The position numbers and the translations under genes are program-made. From an uncultured cyanobacterium (GTDB taxonomy: Bacteria > Cyanobacteriota > Cyanobacteriia > PCC-9006 > JAAUQQ01), in the NCBI GenBank assembly GCA_963718615.1, contig OY970368.1:864001-928000 (forward strand): DNA of 64,000 nucleotides. Direction: 5' to 3'. The notes under the pieces were generated by a model that did not search any database, was not told the origin of the DNA, and saw only the letters and a program-made list of their open reading frames with translations. This document shows positions 1 to 9,593 of this stretch, piece after piece. How positions within the stretch are numbered: position 1 is the stretch's first letter; every line of letters begins with the position of its first letter.

Positions 1-218
1 AGACTTCATTTAAAGAAACCGAAAAGTTTACTCTGGTCGATCGCTCTCATTCCCTAAAAATCAGCCCTTTCAAATCCTCTTCTAGACCATAAAATACAAG
101 CATTCAGCCATTTAACGGACCGGAGATGGCCCTAGGTCAGCTCAAAACCTACTTTATTGCCATGGGTAACTAATATAGCCAAAGGCGCTCTGGCATCACC
201 CAAGGTTCTCTAGCGCAT

Positions 219-695
219 CTAGCCCTCAGGATCCTGCTGGCGGGGCCGCGAGGCGGCACGACGCCAAGCAAAGACGCTGTTCACCACCCGGCGACGGTCT
301 TCGACCCGATAGGGACGGTTGGAGACATAGCGCGATCGCCGTTTTTGTCGGGGATCCACATATTCCTCGGAATATTCCGCATCGGGATTGAGCAGAATAT
401 TGGCATCCATCCCCGCGAGGGCTCCAGGATTGCGAATTTCAATGTCCCGTTCCTGGCCCTTGAGCTGTTTGGTGTCTTCCCACCAACCGACCAGAAACCC
501 CCCAGCGAGCCCCGCGATCGCCCCAAAGACGACCGCAAGCGCCAAGGGAAACCGCAATAGCACAAGGATCACGAGGAAGAGCAGCCAATATTGCAGCCCC
601 GCTGTAAATCCATCATTGCCAGATTGGTTCTTGGCCTTCGATTTAGAGGCCGGTTTGGAGGCCGGTTTTGCGCCACCGCCTTTGCTGTCACTCAT
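219..695 (-). CDS. Hypothetical membrane protein
   Basis: 158-aa ORF with a hydrophobic hairpin (WLLFLVILVLLRFPLALAVVFGAIAGLAGGFLVGWW) and a basic C-terminus; lies downstream of the EF-G paralogue on the same strand. Confidence 0.7.
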   Translation of the reverse strand: MSDSKGGGAKPASKPASKSKAKNQSGNDGFTAGLQYWLLFLVILVLLRFPLALAVVFGAIAGLAGGFLVGWWEDTKQLKGQERDIEIRNPGALAGMDANILLNPDAEYSEEYVDPRQKRRSRYVSNRPYRVEDRRRVVNSVFAWRRAASRPRQQDPEG

Positions 696-783
696 GACTC
701 AGGAAGCTCCCCGCGTTCATAACCCCACTCTTTATAAAGCTTCCGGGGATGAATGTCAGCTTTTCGGCGCTTTATGAGGTGCT

Positions 784-2820
784 TTATGGGGTGCGAGCCA
801 GCACTCGCTCCGCCACTTTGTCCGGCACTTCTTGCAGGTGGTCATGCTCCCAGCTAAAGAAACCGACGCCGAGGGTGAGCGATCGCAATTCCATAATCAA
901 GTCCTGCATTTCCGCCTGGGGCAGATAGGCCGAGATCTCATCCCAACCGAACCAGTCCGTTTTGATGTCGTAGCCGAGAATTTGACCGCGACGGGTGCTG
1001 AGCAACTTGAGGACGCTGGACGTAAACTCGTTGGGCACCGAAATCATAATCGACAGAATTGGCTCCAGGAGTGTGGGCTGGCAGTTGGGCATCCCCGACT
1101 GCATGGCAATGCGGGCGGCCTGCTTGAAGGCTTGTTCCGAGCTATCCACCGAGTGGTAGGAGCCATTAGTCAGCGTCACCGCCACATCCACGACCGGATA
1201 GCCCAAGGGACCCTGGACCAGGTATTCGCGCACGCCGGTTTCGACGCCAGGAATATATTGACGAGGAACTACGCCGCCAACGATTTTTTGGTCGAAGCTA
1301 AAGCCTTCCCCCCGAGGGAGGGGCTGAATGTCAATAAAGACATCCCCAAATTGCCCATGGCCACCGGTTTGGTGTTTGTAGCGACCATGGACATTTTCGT
1401 TCCGCTGACGAATGGTTTCCTTGTAGGGAATTTGCGGCAGGTGGGTCGCCATGGGCAGATTGTACTTGCGCTGGAGTCGGTCGAGATTGACCTGAAGATG
1501 AATTTCCCCTTGGCCCCAGAAAATGACCTCGTGGGTATCGCCATGGTGCTCCCAGCGCAGCGATGGATCTTCATCCATCAGCTTGTTGAGTGCGGCGCTC
1601 ATTTTGACTTCGTCCTTGCGATTTTGGGGGGCGATCGCCAGGGCAAACACAGGCCGCAAGGGCTCTAATCCCGGCAAAGCCACCGTTGCCGCATCACCCG
1701 CCCAGTCCACCACCGTCAGCGTATCCCCTGTCTTCGCGTTCTCCAACCGCGTGAGGGCGACGATATCTCCCGCTTGGGCCTGGGAGAGCGACAGCATGTG
1801 CTGACCCATGAGCCGATAGAGACCGCCGGGGCGCTCGCCATTCAAAACGGTGCTTTCACTCAGTTCACCCTGCCAGAGCCGCACCAGCGAGAGTTTGCCG
1901 ATCTGGGGCAGATAAAAGGTTTTGAGCACCTGGGCCACGGGAGCTGAACGGCTGCCCACACCGCGACGCTCGGCGGTTTCTTCGGGGCTTGGAGCTTCTC
2001 GCAGGAGGGCATCCAGCAGATGGCGCACGCCATAGTCTTCCGGGGCCAGTCCGAGGAACACCGGCACAATCAGGTCGGCGCTCAGCTCCCAGCGCAGATC
2101 CTTGACAATTTCTTCCTCGGGCGGATTAATTTCTTCCAGGAGTTCTTCCAGCAAATGGTCATCAAAATCGGCGATCGCCTCCAACATTTCCACCCGCGCC
2201 GCCTGTTCTTCCTCCCGCAACCGTTCGGGCATGACCATGGGCGTGGCGGGATTGCCGGACTCGTAATGGAAGGCCTTTTCGCTGACCAAATCAATAAAGC
2301 CCACTAACTCGTCACCCTGACGAATCGGATAGTGGTGGGGCACCAACGGACGGCTCGAAACCGACTGAAGCTGATGCAATACATCCATAAAATCGTTGTG
2401 ATACATCCGGTCCATCTTGTTGACAAAAACCAGATGGGGAATCTCCCAATCATCCAAAAACTTAAACAGCGGGGCCAGAATCAACACCCGGTTCGGATCG
2501 GGTTCACAGACAATCACCGCCGCATCGACGCCAACTAACGCATCCCAAGTCTCCTGGGCAAATTCAATCGAACCAGGACAGTCAATAAAATTAAAGCGCA
2601 ACCCGCCGTAGTCGGCACTGGCTGCGCTAATTTCAACGGTCATTTGGCGATCGCGGGCTTCAGCGGCTCCATCTCCGACGGTATTCCCCTCAGGAATTGA
2701 CCCTTTTCGAGAAATCGTATCAGTGACAAAGAGAAAACTTTCGAGAAGTGTGGTTTTACCGCTTGAATAGGGACCAACGATCGCCACATTTCGGATGCCC
2801 GACACAGCTTTTTCGTGCAT
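784..2820 (-). CDS. Elongation factor G paralogue (EF-G2-like)
   Basis: G-domain motifs GPYSSGKTT, DCPG and NKMD; GQGEIHL; KHQTGGHGQFG; YHSVDSS; LLEP. Start placed at ATG 2820 (MHEKAV). Confidence 0.92.
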   Translation of the reverse strand: MHEKAVSGIRNVAIVGPYSSGKTTLLESFLFVTDTISRKGSIPEGNTVGDGAAEARDRQMTVEISAASADYGGLRFNFIDCPGSIEFAQETWDALVGVDAAVIVCEPDPNRVLILAPLFKFLDDWEIPHLVFVNKMDRMYHNDFMDVLHQLQSVSSRPLVPHHYPIRQGDELVGFIDLVSEKAFHYESGNPATPMVMPERLREEEQAARVEMLEAIADFDDHLLEELLEEINPPEEEIVKDLRWELSADLIVPVFLGLAPEDYGVRHLLDALLREAPSPEETAERRGVGSRSAPVAQVLKTFYLPQIGKLSLVRLWQGELSESTVLNGERPGGLYRLMGQHMLSLSQAQAGDIVALTRLENAKTGDTLTVVDWAGDAATVALPGLEPLRPVFALAIAPQNRKDEVKMSAALNKLMDEDPSLRWEHHGDTHEVIFWGQGEIHLQVNLDRLQRKYNLPMATHLPQIPYKETIRQRNENVHGRYKHQTGGHGQFGDVFIDIQPLPRGEGFSFDQKIVGGVVPRQYIPGVETGVREYLVQGPLGYPVVDVAVTLTNGSYHSVDSSEQAFKQAARIAMQSGMPNCQPTLLEPILSIMISVPNEFTSSVLKLLSTRRGQILGYDIKTDWFGWDEISAYLPQAEMQDLIMELRSLTLGVGFFSWEHDHLQEVPDKVAERVLARTP

Positions 2821-3144
2821 ATTCTGCCTCCTTGGGGGCCAAGGCTTTGGGCCTTTGTTGCCCACCCGATATGGTTCTGCAAAGAGCAGAACTTGGCAGT
2901 GGAAACTGCGGAGGAACTATCTAGCCAATTGGACTCGCAGGGGCTAGGGTCGCAGGTCTAGGAGATCAAAACACTGCTGAAGTTCTGCCACTTTGACCCT
3001 AACCCGGATTGGATTCCGTTCCGGTCTCACGACATTTTTCGTAAGGCAATGACGAGGATATGTCACCAAAATAGTGAGTTTTGTATGGTTTTGAATCGTT
3101 GTGTAACGATCCAAGTTCAGAACCCAATTTGCTCAGAGCCCAAT

Positions 3145-4050
3145 TTAGAGATATTTGGCTAGAATTGCTTGGAGTTTGGTTTTGGTGGCTGCGGAGGCTT
3201 GATCCAAGGGCGTTAAAATGGCAAATTTCAAGGCGGAATGGGCCTCAGAAACGGGCATCTCCGCACTCAACCGTTTGACCGTTTCGCGAATTACGGTTTG
3301 GGCATTGACTGCATTTTTGCGCAGATTACCAATGACCATTTCGACGGTGACGCTGTCGTGGTCTTCGTGCCAACAGTCGTAATCGGTGACGAGGGCAAGG
3401 GTTGCGTAGGCAATTTCGGCTTCGCGGGCCAGCTTGGCTTCCTGTAGATTCGTCATGCCAATAATCGAGGCCCCCCAACTGCGATAGAGATTTGACTCTG
3501 CTTTGGTCGAGAACGCTGGGCCTTCCATACAGACATAGGTGCCCCCCACATGCAAATCGGACCCTTCCAGGTTTGAACTCTTGACCGCATCGGCGAGGAT
3601 TTGGCTGAGTTTGGGACACACCGGATCACCAAAGGTGACGTGGGCCACGATACCGTCTCCAAAAAAGGTTGAGATGCGATTGCGGGTGCGATCGATAAAT
3701 TGATCAGGAATCACCATATCTAAAGGCTTCATCTCTTTGCGAAGCGACCCGACTGCCGAGGCCGAGACGATATATTCGACCCCTAGCATTTTGAGCGCAT
3801 AGATATTGGCCCGAAACGGGAGTTCTGTGGGTGACAAATGGTGGTTGCGGCCATGGCGGGGTAAAAAGACAACGCGGGTGCCATCGAGGGTTCCAATGAT
3901 AAAGCGGTCGGAGGGATCGCCAAAGGGGGTGGCGATCGCCCGCTCTTCCACGTCCTGCAACGCCTCCATTTTGTAGAGGCCACTGCCGCCAATGATGCCA
4001 ATTTTGATCGGTTCGTTTTTGATCGGTTCGTTCGGAGTAGAGTCGCTCAT
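3145..4050 (-). CDS. mtnP: S-methyl-5'-thioadenosine phosphorylase
   Basis: [31 protein letters not shown] and VTDYDCWH motifs. Confidence 0.95.
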   Translation of the reverse strand: MSDSTPNEPIKNEPIKIGIIGGSGLYKMEALQDVEERAIATPFGDPSDRFIIGTLDGTRVVFLPRHGRNHHLSPTELPFRANIYALKMLGVEYIVSASAVGSLRKEMKPLDMVIPDQFIDRTRNRISTFFGDGIVAHVTFGDPVCPKLSQILADAVKSSNLEGSDLHVGGTYVCMEGPAFSTKAESNLYRSWGASIIGMTNLQEAKLAREAEIAYATLALVTDYDCWHEDHDSVTVEMVIGNLRKNAVNAQTVIRETVKRLSAEMPVSEAHSALKFAILTPLDQASAATKTKLQAILAKYL

Positions 4051-4352
4051 GAAACCTGGGGGACGGATCTAAAGAAATCAACGGATCTGATTTTAGGTCC
4101 AGTTCAGCCCCGGCTCCTCATTGGAGTGGCAGCTTGAGGAAAAACCTTTGTGTCAAATGGAGCTTGAATTCTGCAATAAAAGCATTTCAAGCACCAAGCA
4201 GTGTCTTTGAGTCATTGATGGGCAGCGGATTTGACCTGAAATCTAAGCTAAGCCTAACGGGATTCATAACCAGTGGTTATCCCTGTTTAGCTCTTTGAAC
4301 TGACTAGGATAAGTCTGACCCTAGCGTTGAAAATCTCCGCTTGGATCCCTGA

Positions 4353-4394
4353 GAAAACTTCTCCCTGAAAACTTCTCCCTGAAAACTTCTCCCT
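4353..4394. repeat. Perfect 14-bp tandem repeat x3 (GAAAACTTCTCCCT)
   Basis: Copies at 4353, 4367 and 4381, ending 12 bp before the ATG at 4407. Confidence 0.95.
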
Positions 4395-4406
4395 AGGCTT
4401 GGTTTC

Positions 4407-4730
4407 ATGTCTTCCTTTACAACTGCCCCACTCTTGTCTCAAAGTCAAACGGCTGCACTTGGAAGTTTAGAACGGCAGCGATCGCTCACCCGCCTTCTGA
4501 TCCAAATGCAGGCTTCAGGAAAAATCTGGGTGGACCCTAGGCTTGAGCAAACCGGAGAGGGCGATCGCTATGCGGTTGCCCTCCAAAAAGCAATGCTGGA
4601 TCTCTGTCAACGGCCAGAACATTACACAATAGAGGGGCTGTTTGACCAGTTTAACCAAGCGCTGCGGCAATCCTGCAATCACCATGAAACGCCCTTTGCG
4701 TGCTCTACGCAATTTCATCCACGGGTCTAG
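4407..4730 (+). CDS. Short protein resembling the N-terminal half of cyanobacterial sigma-70-like proteins (no region-4 HTH)
   Basis: GSLERQRSLTRLL..SGKIW...YAVALQK...LCQ pattern recalls the N-terminus of about 230-aa cyanobacterial sigma-like proteins; this ORF is only 107 aa. Confidence 0.5.
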   Translation: MSSFTTAPLLSQSQTAALGSLERQRSLTRLLIQMQASGKIWVDPRLEQTGEGDRYAVALQKAMLDLCQRPEHYTIEGLFDQFNQALRQSCNHHETPFACSTQFHPRV

Positions 4731-6036
4731 GCGGACGCTGATCTTGAGCCTACTATTGATGACGATCCTCCAGCTCATCCTGCTCGGGGGATGGTGGCTG
4801 ACTTGGCCCCCGGTCATCCTATCCTTTGTGGTTCCGATTCAGGAAGCCGAAGCTTGGGCCAAACCGATTGCGGCCTTTGAGCGTCAACATCCCAAAATCC
4901 GATTCAATCTAGTCACGGGTGACTATTCCACCGATGCCTTACAGGCAATTTATACGGCGGACTTTCAGGCCCAGTCACCCCAGTATGACTTGATTTATCT
5001 AGACATTATTTGGACGGTTCCCTTTGCGACAGCGGGCCAATTGCGAGACCTGTCTGAGACGGTTGATAAGACAAGCCTCGCTCAGTTTTTGCCGAGTGAG
5101 GTTCGAGCGGGACGCTATCAGGGGAAACTCTATCGCTTTCCCTTTCGCACAGATGTGGGTGTTTTACTGAGTCGGGAGGACCTGCTCCAGGAAGGAGGGG
5201 AAACGCATCCCCAGGACTTTGAAGCCTTGGGGCAGATTGCGCAGCGCTTGCAGAAACAACAGATTGCGGAGGTGGGTTACCTGTGGCAGGGGCAAGCCTA
5301 TGAGGGACTCGTCGCGCACTTTGTCGAAATTTTAGATGGCTTTGGTGGGTTTTGGGTTAATCCTGAGACTCAGACGGTGGGGCTGGACGAACCGGAGGCG
5401 ATCGCGGCGGCAACGTTTTTGCGATCGCTCATCACCCGCCAAATTACCCCTACCGACGTTACTCGCTACGACGAATACAGTTCGCTCGATCGCTTCATGG
5501 AGCAAGGGGATACGGTTTTTTTGCGCAGTTGGCCCATCTTTGGCGCTTTGGCCCGAGCCCAATACCCACAGGTTTCCATACACCCCTTGCCTCGGCAACA
5601 AGATCGACTAAGCCGGAGTGTGCGAGGCGGCTGGGGGCTGGGAATTGCAAGCGGTTCAGCCCATCCGCAGGAAGCTTGGCAGGCGATCGCCTTTTTTACC
5701 CGTGTTGATGTTCAACGGGAATTTGCCTTGGAATCGGGATTTTTGCCCAGCCGTACTGCGTTATTCACCGATCCGGCCCTAGTCCAACGCTATCCCGATT
5801 TGCCTCAAATTCAGCAGATTTTAGAAGAACAATCGGTGTTTCGACCGGCGATCGCCCAATACCCCCAAGCCTCGGCTATCTTACAAACCCATCTCTGGGA
5901 GATTTTGACTGGAACAGTCGATCCGGCAACGGGGATGAGCGCGGCGGCTGCCGAAACCCAGCAGCTTTTGGGGGCAGCGTTGGGTCAACGGATGAATGAA
6001 CGCCGATCGAGCCCGGAAGCCCGTTCCGGCGGTTGA
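4684..6036 (+). CDS. ABC-type sugar solute-binding protein with N-terminal TM anchor
   Basis: DLIYLDIIW, QGQAYEGLV, FLRSWP, GGWGLGI and RPAIAQYPQAS motifs of the SBP_bac_1/8 family; hydrophobic N-terminal helix; no permease or ATPase adjacent. Confidence 0.88.
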   Translation: MKRPLRALRNFIHGSRRTLILSLLLMTILQLILLGGWWLTWPPVILSFVVPIQEAEAWAKPIAAFERQHPKIRFNLVTGDYSTDALQAIYTADFQAQSPQYDLIYLDIIWTVPFATAGQLRDLSETVDKTSLAQFLPSEVRAGRYQGKLYRFPFRTDVGVLLSREDLLQEGGETHPQDFEALGQIAQRLQKQQIAEVGYLWQGQAYEGLVAHFVEILDGFGGFWVNPETQTVGLDEPEAIAAATFLRSLITRQITPTDVTRYDEYSSLDRFMEQGDTVFLRSWPIFGALARAQYPQVSIHPLPRQQDRLSRSVRGGWGLGIASGSAHPQEAWQAIAFFTRVDVQREFALESGFLPSRTALFTDPALVQRYPDLPQIQQILEEQSVFRPAIAQYPQASAILQTHLWEILTGTVDPATGMSAAAAETQQLLGAALGQRMNERRSSPEARSGG

Positions 6037-7145
6037 GCTTGCCAAGCCTCGTACCAGCGCAGAAATATCAAAACTTGCAGGAATAACAAAACAAGATTGA
6101 TGCCCATTAGCCCGAAGAACAGGGTTCGGGTTGAGGATTTAGGAGGCGTTGAACTAGGAATCGGCGCTGTCTTGGGAGGCTGATCCCGCTGTAGGCTGTT
6201 CAATCTCTGGGCAATGGCTGCGGCACTCGTAGGACGCTGGCCTGGAAAGGGGGCCATTAAGTCATCAATGAGCTGGATGAATGGTGGAGAAAGATGAGCG
6301 GCTGAGGCTTGCCAATGGAGATTTCCAGTTTGGAGATCCTCTTCAAAATCTAGGGGAGATTTGCCCGTCAGCAACTGCACAAACGATCGCCCCAAGGCAT
6401 AGAAATCTGATTGGGGAACTGCCTTGCCATTGATTTGTTCCAGAGGCGTATATCCTGGCGAAACCACACTGGTAATCTCTCGTCTTCCTGCAATCTTAGC
6501 TAAATAGGTATTTGTCACCTGTTTGACAGTCCCAAAATCAATCAGCACCAGTTGGCCGTTAGGACGATGCATAATATTGGACGGTTTAAGGTCGCGATGA
6601 AAGAGATCTTTTTGATGAATTTGCTGCAAAATTTCAATGAGTTGTGTCAACCAATCTTCTGCCCGTTTTTGATCAATGGGACCGCGCTGATTTAGCCATT
6701 GATCCAGTGTTTCTCCCTGAATTTTTTCCATCATAAAACAAGGCAACGGCTCGGCTTGTGAGGCGAGCACCACCGTAAAATAAGCATCTGCCTCGACCTG
6801 GGGAACACCGGGATGGTCTAACTGCTGCAATACCCGAGCTTCCCGCTCAAAAAGAGACAGCAAGTGCGGCTGTTTGAGGATTTTCAGAACCTTATGCGGA
6901 GCCAACCGTTCTTGGGTTTTAACTTCGGAGTGCTTGGCTTCAGGGGTCTCGGTTTCTGGCAATGCTGATTGGTCAATGACCTCAAAAATTTCCGTCGTAC
7001 TCCAATCCTCCAAGGGCCGCAGGGGCTGCAACAAGCGATAATGACCTTGAATGAGCAACGGCGTCCCGCAGGCTTGACAGATATCTTGCCCTGCTGGGTT
7101 GAGGCGATCGTGGCATTTGGGATTGATACAGTAGCTCAGGACCAT
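5985..7145 (-). CDS. Hanks-type Ser/Thr protein kinase with N-terminal 4-Cys zinc ribbon and C-terminal TM helix
   Basis: YCINPKC...CQACG prefix; KVLK, FEREA, HRDLKPSN, LIDFG, PGYTPLEQ and SDFYALG motifs; C-terminal hydrophobic helix. Confidence 0.92.
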   Translation of the reverse strand: MVLSYCINPKCHDRLNPAGQDICQACGTPLLIQGHYRLLQPLRPLEDWSTTEIFEVIDQSALPETETPEAKHSEVKTQERLAPHKVLKILKQPHLLSLFEREARVLQQLDHPGVPQVEADAYFTVVLASQAEPLPCFMMEKIQGETLDQWLNQRGPIDQKRAEDWLTQLIEILQQIHQKDLFHRDLKPSNIMHRPNGQLVLIDFGTVKQVTNTYLAKIAGRREITSVVSPGYTPLEQINGKAVPQSDFYALGRSFVQLLTGKSPLDFEEDLQTGNLHWQASAAHLSPPFIQLIDDLMAPFPGQRPTSAAAIAQRLNSLQRDQPPKTAPIPSSTPPKSSTRTLFFGLMGINLVLLFLQVLIFLRWYEAWQAQPPERASGLDRRSFIR

Positions 7146-7172
7146 GACTCCTTCTTTAGCCCTAATTTAACC

Positions 7173-8528
7173 CTAGCGCGCTTGCCGACGGCGGCGGAGG
7201 CTCACATATTCCCGCACCACAGGTTGGAGGGTAAAGCCTGCGGTACTGCGTTCGATCAGCGATCGCCGCAACAGCGACCCCAGGGCCTGAATCATTTCTG
7301 AGCTAGGCTCCGGAGGCAGCGCCTCCACGGACACAGCATCTTCCTGTTCGGCTAAGCGATATAAAACCGCTTGCTCGGTGGCCGATAGCCGTTCAAACTG
7401 TCGTTCAATCAAATCGCTTAAGTCACTGGTAATCAGAGTAATGCGCTGCTTCAAAAACACCGCGACATTGCCCCCAAAGACATCGCCAATCGTTGTTGCA
7501 ACCATCTTCAGCACCAGGGGATTGCCTCTATAAATCCGGATCATTTGATGCCAGAGGGCATCCCCCGAAAGCTGATTTTCCTGCAATAACTGCCGCGCTG
7601 CGGTTTCTTCTAGTCCTCCCAAATCCAAACAACGCACTGCCCGCTGGGGTCCCGCCAACAACACCAGTTCTCGGGGAGGCTCCCGACTGGTCAAGAGGGC
7701 GCAGCTTTGGTGTTGCTCTTCGCCCAGCCGCCGGAAAAATTCGCCATATTCTTCATACCCAGGCCGATAATGCCCCGCGAAATCGCCGCTGCGCAGTAGC
7801 GTTTCTACATTATCCAGAAGAAAAAAATAGCGGCGATCGACCAGTTTTTCCATCAACTGATTCAACAGCCCATGGACCGACTGCACCGTTTCTGTGAGCC
7901 GCTTCGGCTCTCTGCCCACCTCATTCTCCCCCTCCGATAGCTGCTGAATCCACCCCCTCAACACCGGCTCCAACGGAGGGCTATGGCGAAAGGATTGCCA
8001 AATTACCCCATCAAATTGACTGCGGATCCGCCCCGCCAGTTTCACGGCCAAAGCGGTTTTACCCATCCCCCCAGGACCACACAGGGCAATCAATCGACAG
8101 GGTTCAGCGACCCACTGATCCAAGGTTTCCAGTTCCGTTTCGCGCCCATAGAACACTGAAACATCGGGCACCTGATTCCAATTGATTTCAACTTTTGAAA
8201 CCCGATACCCGGCTTCCTTTAGCCAAGTGGCCACATCCCGCCAGCTTTCGAGACTATTGGGCGATCGCCCAGTCAAAGCCTCCACATAGCGATACAGCGT
8301 ATTGGACAGTGACACCTTGACCGTTCCCTCAGAGACCACCTGCACCGCTGCGATTTCCGCTGGACTAAATCCACACAGCAAGCCTCGCAAACGCTCTTGC
8401 TCGGTTTGGGTCAATGTCGAATGGGGCGTCAGACCCCCCAGGCATTGTTGTTTGACCTGGCCAAGGTCGCTGTAGAGTGTGGCGAGGTTCCACTGCTCGG
8501 CAGCTTGGGGAAAGGGCTCAGAACTCAT
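7173..8528 (-). CDS. NB-ARC/STAND ATPase with N-terminal HTH and no C-terminal repeat domain
   Basis: FYGRETEL, Walker A GPGGMGKT, Walker B FFLLDNVE, LLTSRE, GNPL and FTLQPVVREY motifs; N-terminal LRGLLCGFSPAEIA HTH-like segment. Confidence 0.88.
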   Translation of the reverse strand: MSSEPFPQAAEQWNLATLYSDLGQVKQQCLGGLTPHSTLTQTEQERLRGLLCGFSPAEIAAVQVVSEGTVKVSLSNTLYRYVEALTGRSPNSLESWRDVATWLKEAGYRVSKVEINWNQVPDVSVFYGRETELETLDQWVAEPCRLIALCGPGGMGKTALAVKLAGRIRSQFDGVIWQSFRHSPPLEPVLRGWIQQLSEGENEVGREPKRLTETVQSVHGLLNQLMEKLVDRRYFFLLDNVETLLRSGDFAGHYRPGYEEYGEFFRRLGEEQHQSCALLTSREPPRELVLLAGPQRAVRCLDLGGLEETAARQLLQENQLSGDALWHQMIRIYRGNPLVLKMVATTIGDVFGGNVAVFLKQRITLITSDLSDLIERQFERLSATEQAVLYRLAEQEDAVSVEALPPEPSSEMIQALGSLLRRSLIERSTAGFTLQPVVREYVSLRRRRQAR

Positions 8529-8731
8529 TCGCTCGACGAAGTAGTAGAACTGGCGGGTGCATAGAGGAGGGGCAGTAACCCACCGAACCCTGGACGTGGA
8601 TCAAAGCCTTACCTATCTGTCCCGAGGACTCAGTCTATCCTGCACAAGGCCCGCAATAAAGCCCAAATCCTGGAGGTGCAGCCCAGTCTGTGCAAGACTT
8701 CCCCCCCTGGGGACTGAACGGCAAATACGTA

Positions 8732-8745
8732 GTACAATGTATTAC
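8732..8745. promoter_or_regulatory. NtcA-type box GTA-N8-TAC
   Basis: GTAcaatgtatTAC in the divergent intergenic region between the STAND ATPase and the sigma factor. Confidence 0.4.
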
Positions 8746-8979
8746 GTTCCTGCAAAACTGTTGCAATCCATAAAAGCTAACTTTTCCGCAGAAAATCAGA
8801 AGAAATCCTGCTGAATGAATCTCATCCTTGATAATGCAATAGCTCAAGATAAAATCCGGTCCACGGGTTGAGGGGAATTTAGGGTTCTTTCCCAGAACCA
8901 GTAAAGATCCCGTAAACCCGAAACTTTTGGATTTTGATTTCCGTCTTAGGGTTAAGGACCCCTTTTTCTGGTTCCTTGT

Positions 8980-8993
8980 GTAGCGTAGGATAC
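8980..8993. promoter_or_regulatory. NtcA-type box GTA-N8-TAC
   Basis: tGTAgcgtaggaTAC upstream of the group-2 sigma factor. Confidence 0.5.
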
Positions 8994-9593
8994 TTCAATG
9001 CACCCACCCCACCGTCGGTTTTTCCACCTCTAGGTTTCGGCCAACCGTACCTTTACTTCCTAGAAAGGCGGTACTACTATTAAAAAGCAAAGTCGTAGTG
9101 ATTTCGACTTTGTGCGGTTCATCCATTGGCTTATCCGCGATCGCAATCTGCATCTCTAGGGGCTCAAGTTAGCTATTTTTTCCCCAATGACTGCAAATGG
9201 CGGCGCGAACTCAGGCTCTAGCATTAGAATACCCCGGCTGTCCTTGATAACTCTGAATCGTCAGCCTCGGTGTTTCAGTCGTGTCTCAGCACCGTTCTAT
9301 CCCTGCTTCTGAAGTTCTCTTGTATTGGTCTTGCGGCACCGTGAACACCTGTCAATTTTGTCCTTCGTTTTTGAAAGTTATTCCCATTTAGGATCTGGTT
9401 TTCTGCGTTTATGCCTTGGCCCACTGGAATTCCCCTTCGCGAGGGGTACCCAGTTTCCAGTTCCTAGCTTAGCCGCCTTCATTCATTTCTCCCAAAATCT
9501 TCTCGTTTTGTTGTTATTGCTGTCCTCAATCCGTGGGTGAGTCCAGCAGCTCACTCGTTATTCCTTTCCTGTTTAAGGAGTCCGTTGTAAACC

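Noticed and set aside
832-1668. 278-aa plus-strand ORF
   Set aside because: Antisense shadow of the EF-G paralogue; no motifs.
4353-4394. Possible CRISPR array or iteron set
   Set aside because: The units are 14 bp, directly adjacent with no spacers, and there are no cas or rep genes in the window.
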